Positions 10,284 through 19,008 of a stretch of DNA of 64,000 nucleotides are shown here, piece by piece. The DNA comes from an uncultured Chloroflexia bacterium (lineage in GTDB: Bacteria; Chloroflexota; Limnocylindria; Limnocylindrales; CSP1-4), in contig CAWHSS010000003.1 in NCBI GenBank assembly GCA_963832105.1, positions 280,131-344,130 on the forward strand, read 5' to 3'. How positions within the stretch are numbered: position 1 is the stretch's first letter; every line of letters begins with the position of its first letter. The notes beneath the pieces are model-generated. The model worked only from the letters and a program-made list of their open reading frames with translations, was not told where the DNA came from and made no database searches. The position numbers and the translations under genes were made by a program.

Positions 10284-10312
10284 TTCGGGCATTCCCCTTC
10301 GTCGGTGACGGG

Positions 10313-10337
10313 CTCGGCATATGCCGAGAACCAGTTC
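10313..10337. promoter_or_regulatory. Perfect 16-bp palindrome CTCGGCATATGCCGAG abutting a 10-bp palindrome GAACCAGTTC, immediately upstream of the TasA-like gene. It is a candidate operator or 5'-UTR hairpin.
   Basis: Read directly from the sequence: 10313-10328 and 10328-10337, about 20-45 nt upstream of the start codon on the minus strand. Confidence 0.45.
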
Positions 10338-10576
10338 AATGTCGATCGGACGTCGGGCGCGGGCGAAGGGATATCTGCGATGCCCGAACGGGTGACGCCG
10401 TTCAACCCGATACTCAGGCTCAAACTACGTAGACAGATACAGGACGAGGGGACCACGAATGGCAGTACCTTCGTCATGTCGGGTTCGGTCCGGATGGGAC
10501 GGGAGGGGTCGTCGGTCCGTGCCCCGGTCGACGCGGCGCACCGGAGCAACGGCCGGACGCCTGGCGGTAGCGCGCG

Positions 10577-11413
10577 TCAGGCGGTGGTGTCCGGCCTCTT
10601 CCCGGCGTCGCGAAGGCGCTCGTCGTAGCGCTCGTCGCGCCAGGCGAGGGCCGCCTTGAGGCCATCCCGCCGGACGATCTCGTCGAACGCGCGGGACGTC
10701 TCCGACATGTTGACGAACGACTGGATGTCGAGTCCGAGCTCGACCGCCTCGGCGAAGCCGGCGACCTCCATCGCCCGGTTGAGCATGAGCTTCGTCGGCG
10801 CCATGACGTCGGGCGGGACGCGGGCGAGCCGATCCGCCAGGGCATCGACCTCGGCGACGAGCTCCGCGGCGGGCACGACGCGATTGACGAGGCCGATCCG
10901 CTCCGCCTCGCGAGCATCGATCAGGTCACCGGTCATCAGCAGCTCGCGGGTCTTCTTCTGGCCGATGAGGAACGGCATCAATAGCGTCACCGGCGCCGAA
11001 CCGAACCGGATCTCCGGCTCGCCGAGCTGGGCGTCGTCCGACGCGACGATGAGGTCGCACGCCATCGCCAGCTCGAGGCCCCCCGCCAGGGCGTAGCCGT
11101 GGACCTGGGCGATCACCGGCTTCGGGCAGCGCCAGACCGCGAGGGTCGCCGCGACGTCCTCGCCGAGGACCGCTCGCCACTCCCAGGCAGTCGCGGGCTG
11201 GCCCTCGGACAGGTCGTAGCCGGCGCAGAACGCGCGGCCGGCTCCGGCGAGGGCGATGACGCGGACCGCGTCGTCGTTGGTCGCCTCCTCGATCGCGGCG
11301 GTGAGCGCCTCGCGCAGCTCCCGGCTGATCGCGTTGAGCTTGGCGGGCCGGTTGAGGGTGAGCCGGACGCCCCACGACGTCGGTTCGCGCAGGACGAGGT
11401 CGTCGTCGCTCAT
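10577..11413 (-). CDS. Enoyl-CoA hydratase/isomerase (crotonase) family protein.
   Basis: 'LNRPAKLNAISRELREAL...VIALAGAGRAFCAGYDLSE...GYALAGGLELAMACD'. The start overlaps the upstream stop (ATGA). Confidence 0.85.
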   Translation of the reverse strand: MSDDDLVLREPTSWGVRLTLNRPAKLNAISRELREALTAAIEEATNDDAVRVIALAGAGRAFCAGYDLSEGQPATAWEWRAVLGEDVAATLAVWRCPKPVIAQVHGYALAGGLELAMACDLIVASDDAQLGEPEIRFGSAPVTLLMPFLIGQKKTRELLMTGDLIDAREAERIGLVNRVVPAAELVAEVDALADRLARVPPDVMAPTKLMLNRAMEVAGFAEAVELGLDIQSFVNMSETSRAFDEIVRRDGLKAALAWRDERYDERLRDAGKRPDTTA

Positions 11414-12111
11414 CCCGGCTCCGCCTCCAGGACGACGAGTGCGTCGACGGCGATCGCGCCGTCGGGGCCGGCGATGACGGGATTGAGATCGATCGCCCGG
11501 ATGTCCGGGCGGGCGATGGCGAGGGCGCCGAGCGCAACGAGGATCGAGGCGACGGCCTCGCGATCGATCGCCGGCCGGCCCCTCGTCATGTCCAGCAGCC
11601 TTGAACCGCGGAGCTCCGCCAGCATCGCGAGTGCCTCGCTCGCGGACACGGGCGCGAGGCGGAGGGAGACGTCGTCGAGGACCTCCGCGAGGACACCGCC
11701 GATGCCGACGAGGACGATCGGACCGAACTGCGGGTCGCGGTTGATCCCGGCGATGAGCTCGAGACCGGGCGGCGCCATCGGCTCGACGAGCAGGCCGTGG
11801 ACCGTTGCCGATCCGTCGGCCGCCAGCCTCGCGCCGAGCGCGAGCAGCTCGTCGGCTGCCTCGCGGACGGCGGCGTCGCCCGCCAGGTTCAGCCTCACCG
11901 CGCCGACGTCGCTCTTGTGGGCGAGCCCCTCCGCGTCGAGCTTCAGGGCGACGCTGCCACCGATCGCGGCCGCGGCTGCGACGGCGGCATCCGCGTCGGC
12001 CGCGGCGCGCGCCGCCACGACGGGGATGCCGGCGGCGGCGAGGAGGGCCAGGCTTTCGCGTTCGGACAGCGCACGGGCGTCACCATCCGCGGGGCCGGGG
12101 TTCGGTGTCAT
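11410..12111 (-). CDS. ADP-forming acyl-CoA synthetase, beta (ATP-grasp) subunit.
   Basis: 'LSERESLALLAAAGIPV...VALKLDAEGLAHKSDVGAVRLNL...ELIAGINRDPQFGPIVLVGIGGVLAEVLDD' has the ATP-grasp_5 layout. It shows ATGA overlaps at both ends. Confidence 0.75.
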   Translation of the reverse strand: MTPNPGPADGDARALSERESLALLAAAGIPVVAARAAADADAAVAAAAAIGGSVALKLDAEGLAHKSDVGAVRLNLAGDAAVREAADELLALGARLAADGSATVHGLLVEPMAPPGLELIAGINRDPQFGPIVLVGIGGVLAEVLDDVSLRLAPVSASEALAMLAELRGSRLLDMTRGRPAIDREAVASILVALGALAIARPDIRAIDLNPVIAGPDGAIAVDALVVLEAEPG

Positions 12112-13658
12112 ACCCCCACGGCGTCCGGTCGGCGGCCAGCGCCGGCCAGCCGGCCCGGATCGGGCCCCCGTCGAGCCGTCGGGAGCGGGCGGCTTCCCAG
12201 GCGGTCAGCGACGCGATCGCCGTGAACGCCTCGACGCGTCCCCCGCAGGATCGGCACGCCGCCCGCCTCGTCGAGATGGTGCTTCGTCTCCGGCGGCGGC
12301 TCGCCCGAGGTCAGCGAGATGTAGACCGGCATGAGCTCGGGGCGATCCGCCGTCGCGCTGATCAGCTGGTCCGTCACGTCGTGGGCCGTCTCGACCTCAC
12401 CGGGGAGCGATCGGTACGGGAAGTCGTGGACGATCGCGAGGACGTCGTACGCGCCCGAATCGGCGAAGGCGTTGAAGGCGGCGGCATAGGCCGTGATCGG
12501 GTCGGTGGCGCCCCACGGGTCCAGCGGATTGCCGACGTAGCCGAGCGTCGGCAGGTCGCGCAGGAGCCGGGCGCGGGTCTCGGCCGGGACGGGCGGCAGG
12601 TCGACACCGGTTCGCGGCGCAAGGTCGGCGATGAGCGAGGCCTCCCCGGTCGACACGGTGACGACACCCGTCCGACCGCGACCCACGCTTCGCCCGAGCC
12701 GCCGGCAACCCGCCACCAGCTCGGCGGTCTCGAGCAGCTCGTCGAGATCGTCGCAGCGGATGACGCCCGCCGCCCGGAGGGCGGCATCGGTCGCCCGGTC
12801 CTCGCCGGCGAGCGAGCCGGAGTGGGCGACGGCGGCCGCCTGCGCCTGCGGACTGCGACCGACCTTGACGACCATGATCGGCTTGCCGAGCTCGAGCGCG
12901 TGATCGGCGAGGGCGAGGAACCGCTCCGGCCGCTTGAAGCCCTCCATGAACAGGATGACCGAGTGCGTCTCCGGGTCGTCGAGGCAGTAGGCGAGGAAGT
13001 CGCAGGCGTCGAGGACGACCTCGCTGCCGCAGCCGATGACGCGCGAGAAACCGATCCGCGACCCCGAGTGGATGAAGGCGTCCGTCACCGAACCCGACTG
13101 GGCGATGCCCGCGACGCCGCCGCGCGGCAGCCACGGATTGACGTCGCCGATGTACGTCGCCGCATTCGTCGTCAGGTCGATCATGCCCATGCAGTTCGGT
13201 CCGAGGAGGGCGATCCCGTGGCGGATCGCGATCTCGCGGACGTCCCGCTGCATCTGGGCCGCCGCCTCGCCACCTTCCACGACCCCGCCGCCGGGGATGA
13301 TCACGCTCGGGACGCCGGCTTTGGCGGCCTCCTCGGTGACGGCGGCGGCCCGGAGCGGGTTGAGCGCGACGAGGACCGTGTCCGGGATCTCGGGCAACGC
13401 GTCGAGCGACGGGTAGCACGGCTGGTCGTACAGCTCGTCGTAGCGCGGGTTGACGAAGTGGCAGCGGGTCGCGCTCTTCATGACGGTCAGGTTGTGCTGG
13501 ACGATCTTGGCGATGCCGCTCCGCGGCGACGCGCCGACGACGGCGATGGAGCGAGGGGCGAAGAGGGGACGCAGGTCGATCGTCCGCGGCGTGGTCAGCG
13601 TTGTCGTCGCGGCCGTCGCGGCCTCCGCCTCCGCCTCCGCGCCTGCACCGGTGCTCAC
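12108..13658 (-). CDS. ADP-forming acyl-CoA synthetase, alpha (CoA-binding/ligase-CoA) subunit. There is a probable indel near the C-run at 12240-12244.
   Basis: The GTG at 13658 overlaps the ACAD stop (GTGA). Motifs are 'IAVVGASPRSG...LVALNPLRAAAVTEEAAKAGVPSVIIPGGG...LLGPNCMGMI...GIAQSGSV'. An alternative frame after ~12245 reads the more protein-like 'RVEAFTAIASLTAWEAARSRRL'. Confidence 0.75.
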   Translation of the reverse strand: MSTGAGAEAEAEAATAATTTLTTPRTIDLRPLFAPRSIAVVGASPRSGIAKIVQHNLTVMKSATRCHFVNPRYDELYDQPCYPSLDALPEIPDTVLVALNPLRAAAVTEEAAKAGVPSVIIPGGGVVEGGEAAAQMQRDVREIAIRHGIALLGPNCMGMIDLTTNAATYIGDVNPWLPRGGVAGIAQSGSVTDAFIHSGSRIGFSRVIGCGSEVVLDACDFLAYCLDDPETHSVILFMEGFKRPERFLALADHALELGKPIMVVKVGRSPQAQAAAVAHSGSLAGEDRATDAALRAAGVIRCDDLDELLETAELVAGCRRLGRSVGRGRTGVVTVSTGEASLIADLAPRTGVDLPPVPAETRARLLRDLPTLGYVGNPLDPWGATDPITAYAAAFNAFADSGAYDVLAIVHDFPYRSLPGEVETAHDVTDQLISATADRPELMPVYISLTSGEPPPETKHHLDEAGGVPILRGTRRGVHGDRVADRLGSRPLPTARRGPDPGRLAGAGRRPDAVGV

Positions 13659-14830
13659 CCGACGACCCTCGACACGCCCCGCTTCTCCATCGCCCGGGCG
13701 ACGATCACTCGCTGGATCTCCGAGGTGCCTTCCCAGATCCGGTCGACCCGCAACTCCCGGAAGAAGCGCTCGGCGGGGAATTCGCGCATGTAGCCGCGGC
13801 CGCCGAAGACCTGGACGACGCGGTCGGCGCACCGAAACGCGGCCTCCGACGCGAACAGCTTGGCGAGCGACGCCTTGGCGTGGACGACCTTCGGGTCGGC
13901 GCCGGTGTCGGCGAGCCAGGCCGCCTCGCGGGTGAGGAGCCGCGCCGCGGACGCGTCGGCGGCCGAGTCGGCGAGCGGGAACGAGACGCCCTGGAAGTCG
14001 TAGATCCGCTCGCCGAACTGTCGCCGGCCGGTCGCCCACTCGACGGCCAGCGACAGCAGCCGCTCCATCGCCCCGCTGCAGCGCGCCCCGATGTGGATCC
14101 GCTCCTCGACGAACCACTCGTTCGTCAGCGCGTCGGCCTCCCCGACACCACCCAGCACCGCGGTCGCGGGAACCCGGACGTCCTCGAGCACGAACTGCGG
14201 ATGGCGGTCGGCGAACGTGTGCATGTAGTCGGGGTCGTGCTTCAGCGTCACGCCGGGCGTGTCGTAGTCGACAAGGAAGAGGGTCGGCAGCCGCTGGTCG
14301 CCGTCGACCACGACGCAATGGAAGATCATGAAGTCGGTGTCGTCGGGGCCGGTGACGAACCACTTCTCGCCGTTGAGGACGTAGTCGCCGGTGGCCGTGT
14401 CGCGGACCGCCGTCGCCGCGAGCGTGCGGGCGTCGGAGCCGGCGGCCTCCTCGGTGACGGCGTAGCTGCCGGACCGCTCGCCTCGGAGCGACGGGTCGAG
14501 GTAGCGCTCGCGCTGCTCCGGCGTCGCGTGGACGAGCGCGTTGTAGGCGCCCGGGATGTACGACCACAGGCCGCCCGTCACCTGGCCAAGCTGCTCGTGG
14601 ACGATGACCTGCTCAAGGACCGTCCAGCCCTGGCCACCGACCTCCCGCGGCAGCGCGCCGCCGTGGAGGCGGGCCTCGATGGCGGCCGCCCGCAGGTCGC
14701 TGCCCTGCTTTCGGGAGAGGCGCCCATTCGCCCGCTCGAACTCCTCCTCGAACGGCTGGAGGACGTCGGTGACGAACGCACGAGCGCGCGCCTGGAGCTC
14801 CAGCTGCCCGGGATCGAGCGTCAGGTCCAT
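13655..14830 (-). CDS. Acyl-CoA dehydrogenase.
   Basis: 'MDLTLDPGQLELQARARAFV...YAVTEEAAGSDA...NGEKWFVTG...FGGRGYMREFPAERFFRELRVDRIWEGTSEIQR'. The ATG at 14830 was verified in the sequence. Confidence 0.85.
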   Translation of the reverse strand: MDLTLDPGQLELQARARAFVTDVLQPFEEEFERANGRLSRKQGSDLRAAAIEARLHGGALPREVGGQGWTVLEQVIVHEQLGQVTGGLWSYIPGAYNALVHATPEQRERYLDPSLRGERSGSYAVTEEAAGSDARTLAATAVRDTATGDYVLNGEKWFVTGPDDTDFMIFHCVVVDGDQRLPTLFLVDYDTPGVTLKHDPDYMHTFADRHPQFVLEDVRVPATAVLGGVGEADALTNEWFVEERIHIGARCSGAMERLLSLAVEWATGRRQFGERIYDFQGVSFPLADSAADASAARLLTREAAWLADTGADPKVVHAKASLAKLFASEAAFRCADRVVQVFGGRGYMREFPAERFFRELRVDRIWEGTSEIQRVIVARAMEKRGVSRVVG

Positions 14831-15093
14831 CGCCGGAGCATGATGCGCCACCCGCGCACTCGTTCCGCGCGTCCCGGGCGACGGGACGCGGCCGCACGCA
14901 GCGCCTAGGCCTGCGTTCAGCCCAGGACCGGGATTTGACGTACGGTGCAAACTACTCTCAGGACGGGCGACCCCCAGGCGCGAGGTCACGCGCAGCGCCC
15001 GCTCTACCGTCAATTGCCCCGCCCTCCGAGCGGCCGGGCCATAACTTCGTTCGGCTGCGCCCCAGCGCGGTCGCTCTGGTAGAAGGGAGCAGG

Positions 15094-16995
15094 ATGTCGG
15101 GGATTCCGCACAACGGCGCCCAGCGGGCGTCACGTCAAACGGCCGGGCTAGTCACCCTCGGTCTACCTCGCAGAAACCGTCACCGCAGCATCATCGTGGT
15201 CGGCCAGATCATGATCGTGACCGCGCTGATCTTCTCGCAGCTGTTCGTCGACCCGGGACAGGGAAGCGCTGAGGCCGCAACGCGGCCCGTGCTCGTCTCG
15301 GCAGCCACGCTCAAGACGAAGCCGATGTCGGGCGCGGCCTGGCGAGGCCTGAAGGCCGTCGCCGATCAGGCCGTCGGCACCCTCACGCTGTCCGACATGG
15401 ACGAGAACTCGGACATCATCGTCCTGGCGAAAGGGCTGGTCTATGCGCGGACCGGGACGGCCAGCTACCGAACGGCCGTCATCGCGGCGTTGAAGGCAGC
15501 CAAAGGCACCGAAAACGGCGGGGAGACGCTCGCGCTCGGCCGCAATCTGTCGGGCCTCGTGATCGCCGCCGACCTGATCTCGCTGAAGACGGCTGACCCG
15601 GCATTCGACGCCGTATTCAGGGCGTGGCTTCGTTCCTTGCTCACGAAAGTCCTGGGGGGTCGGTCGCTCATCGACACCCACGAGAAGCGCCCCAACAACT
15701 GGGGCACCCATGCCGGCGCGTCGCGGGTCGCGATCGCCGCGTACCTCGGCGATACCGCGCAATTGGCGCGGGCGGCGAAAGTCTTCAGGGGCTATCTCGG
15801 ATCGCGCGCAACATACGCGGGATTCAAGTACGGCGACGATCTGACCTGGCAATGCGATCCCGCGAAGCCGGTCGGCATCAACCCCGCCGGATGCAAGAAG
15901 AACGGCGTCAACATCGACGGCGTGATCCCGGACGACATGAGGCGCGGCGGTTCGTTCCGCTGGCCGCCGTCGGGCACGGAATATCCGTGGGAAGGCTTGC
16001 AGGGCGCGCTCCTCCAGGCGGAGCTCCTCCGAGTCGCCGGCTATGACAGCTGGAACTGGGAGAACAAGGCGCTGCTGCGCGCTGTCCGATTCCTCTACAA
16101 CCGCGCGAAGTGGCCGGCGAACGACGACGACGAGTGGCAGACGTGGCTGCTCGACGCCCGCTACGGCACGAGCTACAAGCTGGCGCCACCTGTCCGATTC
16201 GGCAAGAGCTTCGGGTTCACCGACTGGATCTACGGCCCCGCTGCGACCGGCGGCACGGATCCGACGCCACCGCCGACACCTGCCCCCACTCCCAATCCAC
16301 CCCCAACGCCGATTCCGACTCCGGTTTCGGGGACGGCCACGGTCGGAACGAGCGAACCGTCCACCCGACTTCCGGGCGGATTGTCGTTCGCGGCCGGGAC
16401 GGTGCCGCTCTACACGTCGTGGAAACTGACCGGCGATGCCGCGACCCTGAAGCAGTACCAGCTCCAGCAGTCGGTCAACGGCGGGTCCTGGGCCAACGTC
16501 GCCCTCAAGTCGGCCACGTCCACATCCGCGATCGTGGCTGTGGTGCCGGGGCGCGACTACCGCTACCGGTCCAGGGCGTTCGACAAACTGGGTAGAGCGT
16601 CCGCCTGGCTCACGGGACCGACCGTCACGACGAGCGTCGCCCAGGAATCGGCTGCCGGCTACACGGGCACGTGGGTCACTGCCGGCCACCCGGACTACCT
16701 CGGCGGTAAGGCGCGCGCCTCGGAGACGAAGGGCTCGCAGGTCACGTTCACGTTCGACGGGCCGAGTGTCGGACTCGTCGGGCCCACGGGTCCGACCCGT
16801 GGCAAGGCCGAGGTCTACCTGGACGGCAAGCTGTTGATCACCATCGATACCTATTCATCGAGCTTCCGGGCGAGACGCGTCCTCCAGACGATCTTCACGT
16901 CCGACGCCAGCCATACGGTCACGGTCCGCGTTCTCGCGACGTCGGGCAGGCCATGGTTCGCCATCGACGCGTTCTTCGTGATGCAACGTTCGTAG
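15094..16995 (+). CDS. Secreted alginate-lyase/heparinase-like protein, a paralog of 5270-7058, with a C-terminal PT linker, an Fn3-like module and a beta-sandwich (CBM-like) module.
   Basis: The RBS GAAGGGAG at 15082-15089 precedes the ATG at 15094. There is a TM anchor 'IIVVGQIMIVTALIFSQLF'. The catalytic block 'THEKRPNNWGTHAGAS...KYGDDLTWQ...VIPDDMRRGGS' is collinear with the paralog. The reading frame is intact. Confidence 0.55.
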   Translation: MSGIPHNGAQRASRQTAGLVTLGLPRRNRHRSIIVVGQIMIVTALIFSQLFVDPGQGSAEAATRPVLVSAATLKTKPMSGAAWRGLKAVADQAVGTLTLSDMDENSDIIVLAKGLVYARTGTASYRTAVIAALKAAKGTENGGETLALGRNLSGLVIAADLISLKTADPAFDAVFRAWLRSLLTKVLGGRSLIDTHEKRPNNWGTHAGASRVAIAAYLGDTAQLARAAKVFRGYLGSRATYAGFKYGDDLTWQCDPAKPVGINPAGCKKNGVNIDGVIPDDMRRGGSFRWPPSGTEYPWEGLQGALLQAELLRVAGYDSWNWENKALLRAVRFLYNRAKWPANDDDEWQTWLLDARYGTSYKLAPPVRFGKSFGFTDWIYGPAATGGTDPTPPPTPAPTPNPPPTPIPTPVSGTATVGTSEPSTRLPGGLSFAAGTVPLYTSWKLTGDAATLKQYQLQQSVNGGSWANVALKSATSTSAIVAVVPGRDYRYRSRAFDKLGRASAWLTGPTVTTSVAQESAAGYTGTWVTAGHPDYLGGKARASETKGSQVTFTFDGPSVGLVGPTGPTRGKAEVYLDGKLLITIDTYSSSFRARRVLQTIFTSDASHTVTVRVLATSGRPWFAIDAFFVMQRS

Positions 16996-17019
16996 CCTTT
17001 CCTTAGCTCGTCACACGTC

Positions 17020-17045
17020 GAACCCGCCGGGGCACCGGCGGGTTC
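17020..17045 (+). terminator. Perfect 11-bp-stem hairpin (GAACCCGCCGG-GGCA-CCGGCGGGTTC) 25 nt after the stop of 15094-16995.
   Basis: Read from the sequence. There is no U-tract, so this is a hairpin-only terminator candidate. Confidence 0.5.
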
Positions 17046-17063
17046 GTCATGTGTGCCCGAGTC

Positions 17064-17252
17064 CACTGTTCACCGGGTGAACACATCGAACGATTGAGAC
17101 CGCGATCGACGCAGGTTCGGTTCACCGGCTGCACCAGAACGACCGAAGTGTTCATGCCTTGAACGAGACGTGACGAACTGCTCAACGTGTGAATACGGAG
17201 CGACTGGCGCGGAGCCCAGCTCGCTCCATGTGTTCAGCGGGTGAACAAGTGG
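17064..17252. repeat. Inverted-repeat-bounded intergenic element with three GTTCA-N5-TGAAC palindromes spaced exactly 82 bp apart.
   Basis: The palindromes are at 17068-17082, 17150-17164 and 17232-17246. The arm 17064-17088 matches the reverse complement of 17226-17252 at 22/25 positions with one 1-nt indel. Confidence 0.7.
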
Positions 17253-17269
17253 CGGGGCGGAGCGAAGAC

Positions 17270-17500
17270 TCAGCCGCCGAGTGCGCGCCGGCGCTGCTCG
17301 AACTCGTCCGCGTCGATCTCGCCTCGGGCGAACCGCTCCCGGAGCGTCGCCATCGCCGCGTCATCCGGCGGCCCGGAGCGCTGGCCCTCATTCGTGTTCC
17401 GGATCAGCCAGCGAACGCCGACGACGACAGCGGCCACAACGGCGACCAAGAGCCCGATGTTCACAAGAAAGAGCAGCGCTACGACCCCGATGTCTGCCAC
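17270..17500 (-). CDS. Small single-TM protein with a SHOCT-like C-terminal domain (76 aa).
   Basis: The GTG at 17500 is preceded by a GGAGAGGG RBS. There is a hydrophobic helix 'IGVVALLFLVNIGLLVAVVAAVVVGV' and then 'LRERFARGEIDADEFEQRRRAL'. Confidence 0.6.
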   Translation of the reverse strand: MADIGVVALLFLVNIGLLVAVVAAVVVGVRWLIRNTNEGQRSGPPDDAAMATLRERFARGEIDADEFEQRRRALGG

Positions 17501-17517
17501 AAGCGCGTTCCCCTCTC

Positions 17518-18963
17518 CTACCCTGGCTGGGCCAGGACCATGATCCGAACCTCGGTCATGTCCTCGATCGCCCAGCGCAGCCCCTCGCGCCCGAGCCCCG
17601 AATCCTTGACCCCGCCGTACGGCATGTGGTCGATCCGGTAGGTCGGCACGTCGTTGACGATCACCCCGCCGACCTCGAGCTCGTTGAACGCCCGCCACGA
17701 ATTCGCCAGATCGTTCGTGAAGACGCCCGTCTGGAGCCCGAACATCGAGTCGTTGACCTGCTTGATCGCGTCGCCGAAGTCCTTGAAACGAAACGCGACG
17801 GCGAGCGGGGCAAAGGCCTCGTTCGAGCAGACCTGGGCCTGTGGCGGGACGTCGGTGAGGATCGTCGGCGGGAAGAAGTTGCCGTCGGCCTTGCCGCCGA
17901 GCAGGATCTTGCCGCCCATCGCGACCGCCTCGTCGACCCAGCGCTGGGTCCGCTCGGCGGCGGCGCCGTCGACCATCGGCCCGAGCTCCGTCTCCGGATC
18001 GAGCGGGTCACCGATCTTGATCGACTTCGCGCCCTCGACGAAGCGCTTCATGAGCTCGTCCCAGATGTCGTCGTGGACGAACATCCGCTGGACGCTGATG
18101 CAGACCTGGCCGGCATACGTGAACGCGCCGACGAGCAGCCGGCGGACGGCCCAATCGAGGTCGGCCGACTTATCGATGATGACGCCGGCGTTGCCGCCGA
18201 GCTCCAGGACGACCTTCTTCTTGCCGGCTCGCTCCTTCATCCGCCAGCCGACCGACGGGCTGCCGGTGAACGTCAGCAGCTTGAAGCGCTCGTCGGCGAC
18301 CATCTTGTCGCCGAGCTCGCGGGTCATCGGCAGGATGCTGACCGAACCGGCCGGCGGGCCCGCCTCCTCGATGATCTCGGCGACCGTCAGCATCGTGAGC
18401 GGGTCCTTCGACGGCGGCTTGAGCACGATCGTGTTGCCCGACGCGATCGCCGGCGACACCTTGTGGGCGGCGAGGTTCAACGGGAAGTTGAACGGGCTGA
18501 TCCCGGCGATCGGACCGATCGGGAACCGGCGGGTGATGCCGACCCGGCCCTTCGACGCCGGCATGAGATCGAGCGGGATCGTCTCGCCGACCATCCGCTC
18601 CGCCTCCTCGGCGCCGAGCCGGAACGTGATGACCGCCCGATCGACCTCGATGAGCGCGTCGCGGATCGGCTTGCCGGCCTCGCGGGCCATGATCTTGCCG
18701 AGCTCCTCGCGGCGGGCCTTGATCCCGGCGCTGATGTTGCGCAGGATCGCGCCACGCTCGTAGGCGGGTAGCGTCCGGGTCACCTCGAAGGCCGCGACGG
18801 CCGCCTCGACCGCTTCCTCGTACTGGGCCTCGCTCGCGTTGAACGTCGCGCCCGCCGGCTCGTCCGGATTGGCAGGGTTCGTGACGACCAGCGGATCGTC
18901 CGACTCGACCCAGCGGCCGGCGAGGAAGATCGGGTGCGGCTTCGTGCCGGCGGTGGTCGTCAT
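17518..18963 (-). CDS. NAD(P)+-dependent aldehyde dehydrogenase family protein.
   Basis: The ORF is intact at 481 aa. Motifs are 'FNFPLNLAAHKVSPAIASGNTIVLKPP', 'VLELGGNAG' and the catalytic 'AGQVCISVQR'. Confidence 0.9.
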   Translation of the reverse strand: MTTTAGTKPHPIFLAGRWVESDDPLVVTNPANPDEPAGATFNASEAQYEEAVEAAVAAFEVTRTLPAYERGAILRNISAGIKARREELGKIMAREAGKPIRDALIEVDRAVITFRLGAEEAERMVGETIPLDLMPASKGRVGITRRFPIGPIAGISPFNFPLNLAAHKVSPAIASGNTIVLKPPSKDPLTMLTVAEIIEEAGPPAGSVSILPMTRELGDKMVADERFKLLTFTGSPSVGWRMKERAGKKKVVLELGGNAGVIIDKSADLDWAVRRLLVGAFTYAGQVCISVQRMFVHDDIWDELMKRFVEGAKSIKIGDPLDPETELGPMVDGAAAERTQRWVDEAVAMGGKILLGGKADGNFFPPTILTDVPPQAQVCSNEAFAPLAVAFRFKDFGDAIKQVNDSMFGLQTGVFTNDLANSWRAFNELEVGGVIVNDVPTYRIDHMPYGGVKDSGLGREGLRWAIEDMTEVRIMVLAQPG

Positions 18964-19008
18964 CGGAAGAACTCCATTCGGTGTGGCCTCCGTGTCATCC
19001 TACAGCCG

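Noticed and set aside
11805-13793. Very long ORFs lie antisense to or out of frame with recognised genes. Examples are 11805-13793(+), 13601-14908(+), 15163-16689(-), 20852-22639(+), 28714-30594(+), 38194-40002(+), 40205-31431-style minus ORFs over leuC, 43666-44724(-), 44824-46242(-) and 52490-53740(-).
   Set aside because: The translations are Arg/Pro/Gly/Asp-rich with no family resemblance. This is the usual consequence of stop-codon scarcity at ~70% GC. Each overlaps a gene with clear homology on the other strand or frame.
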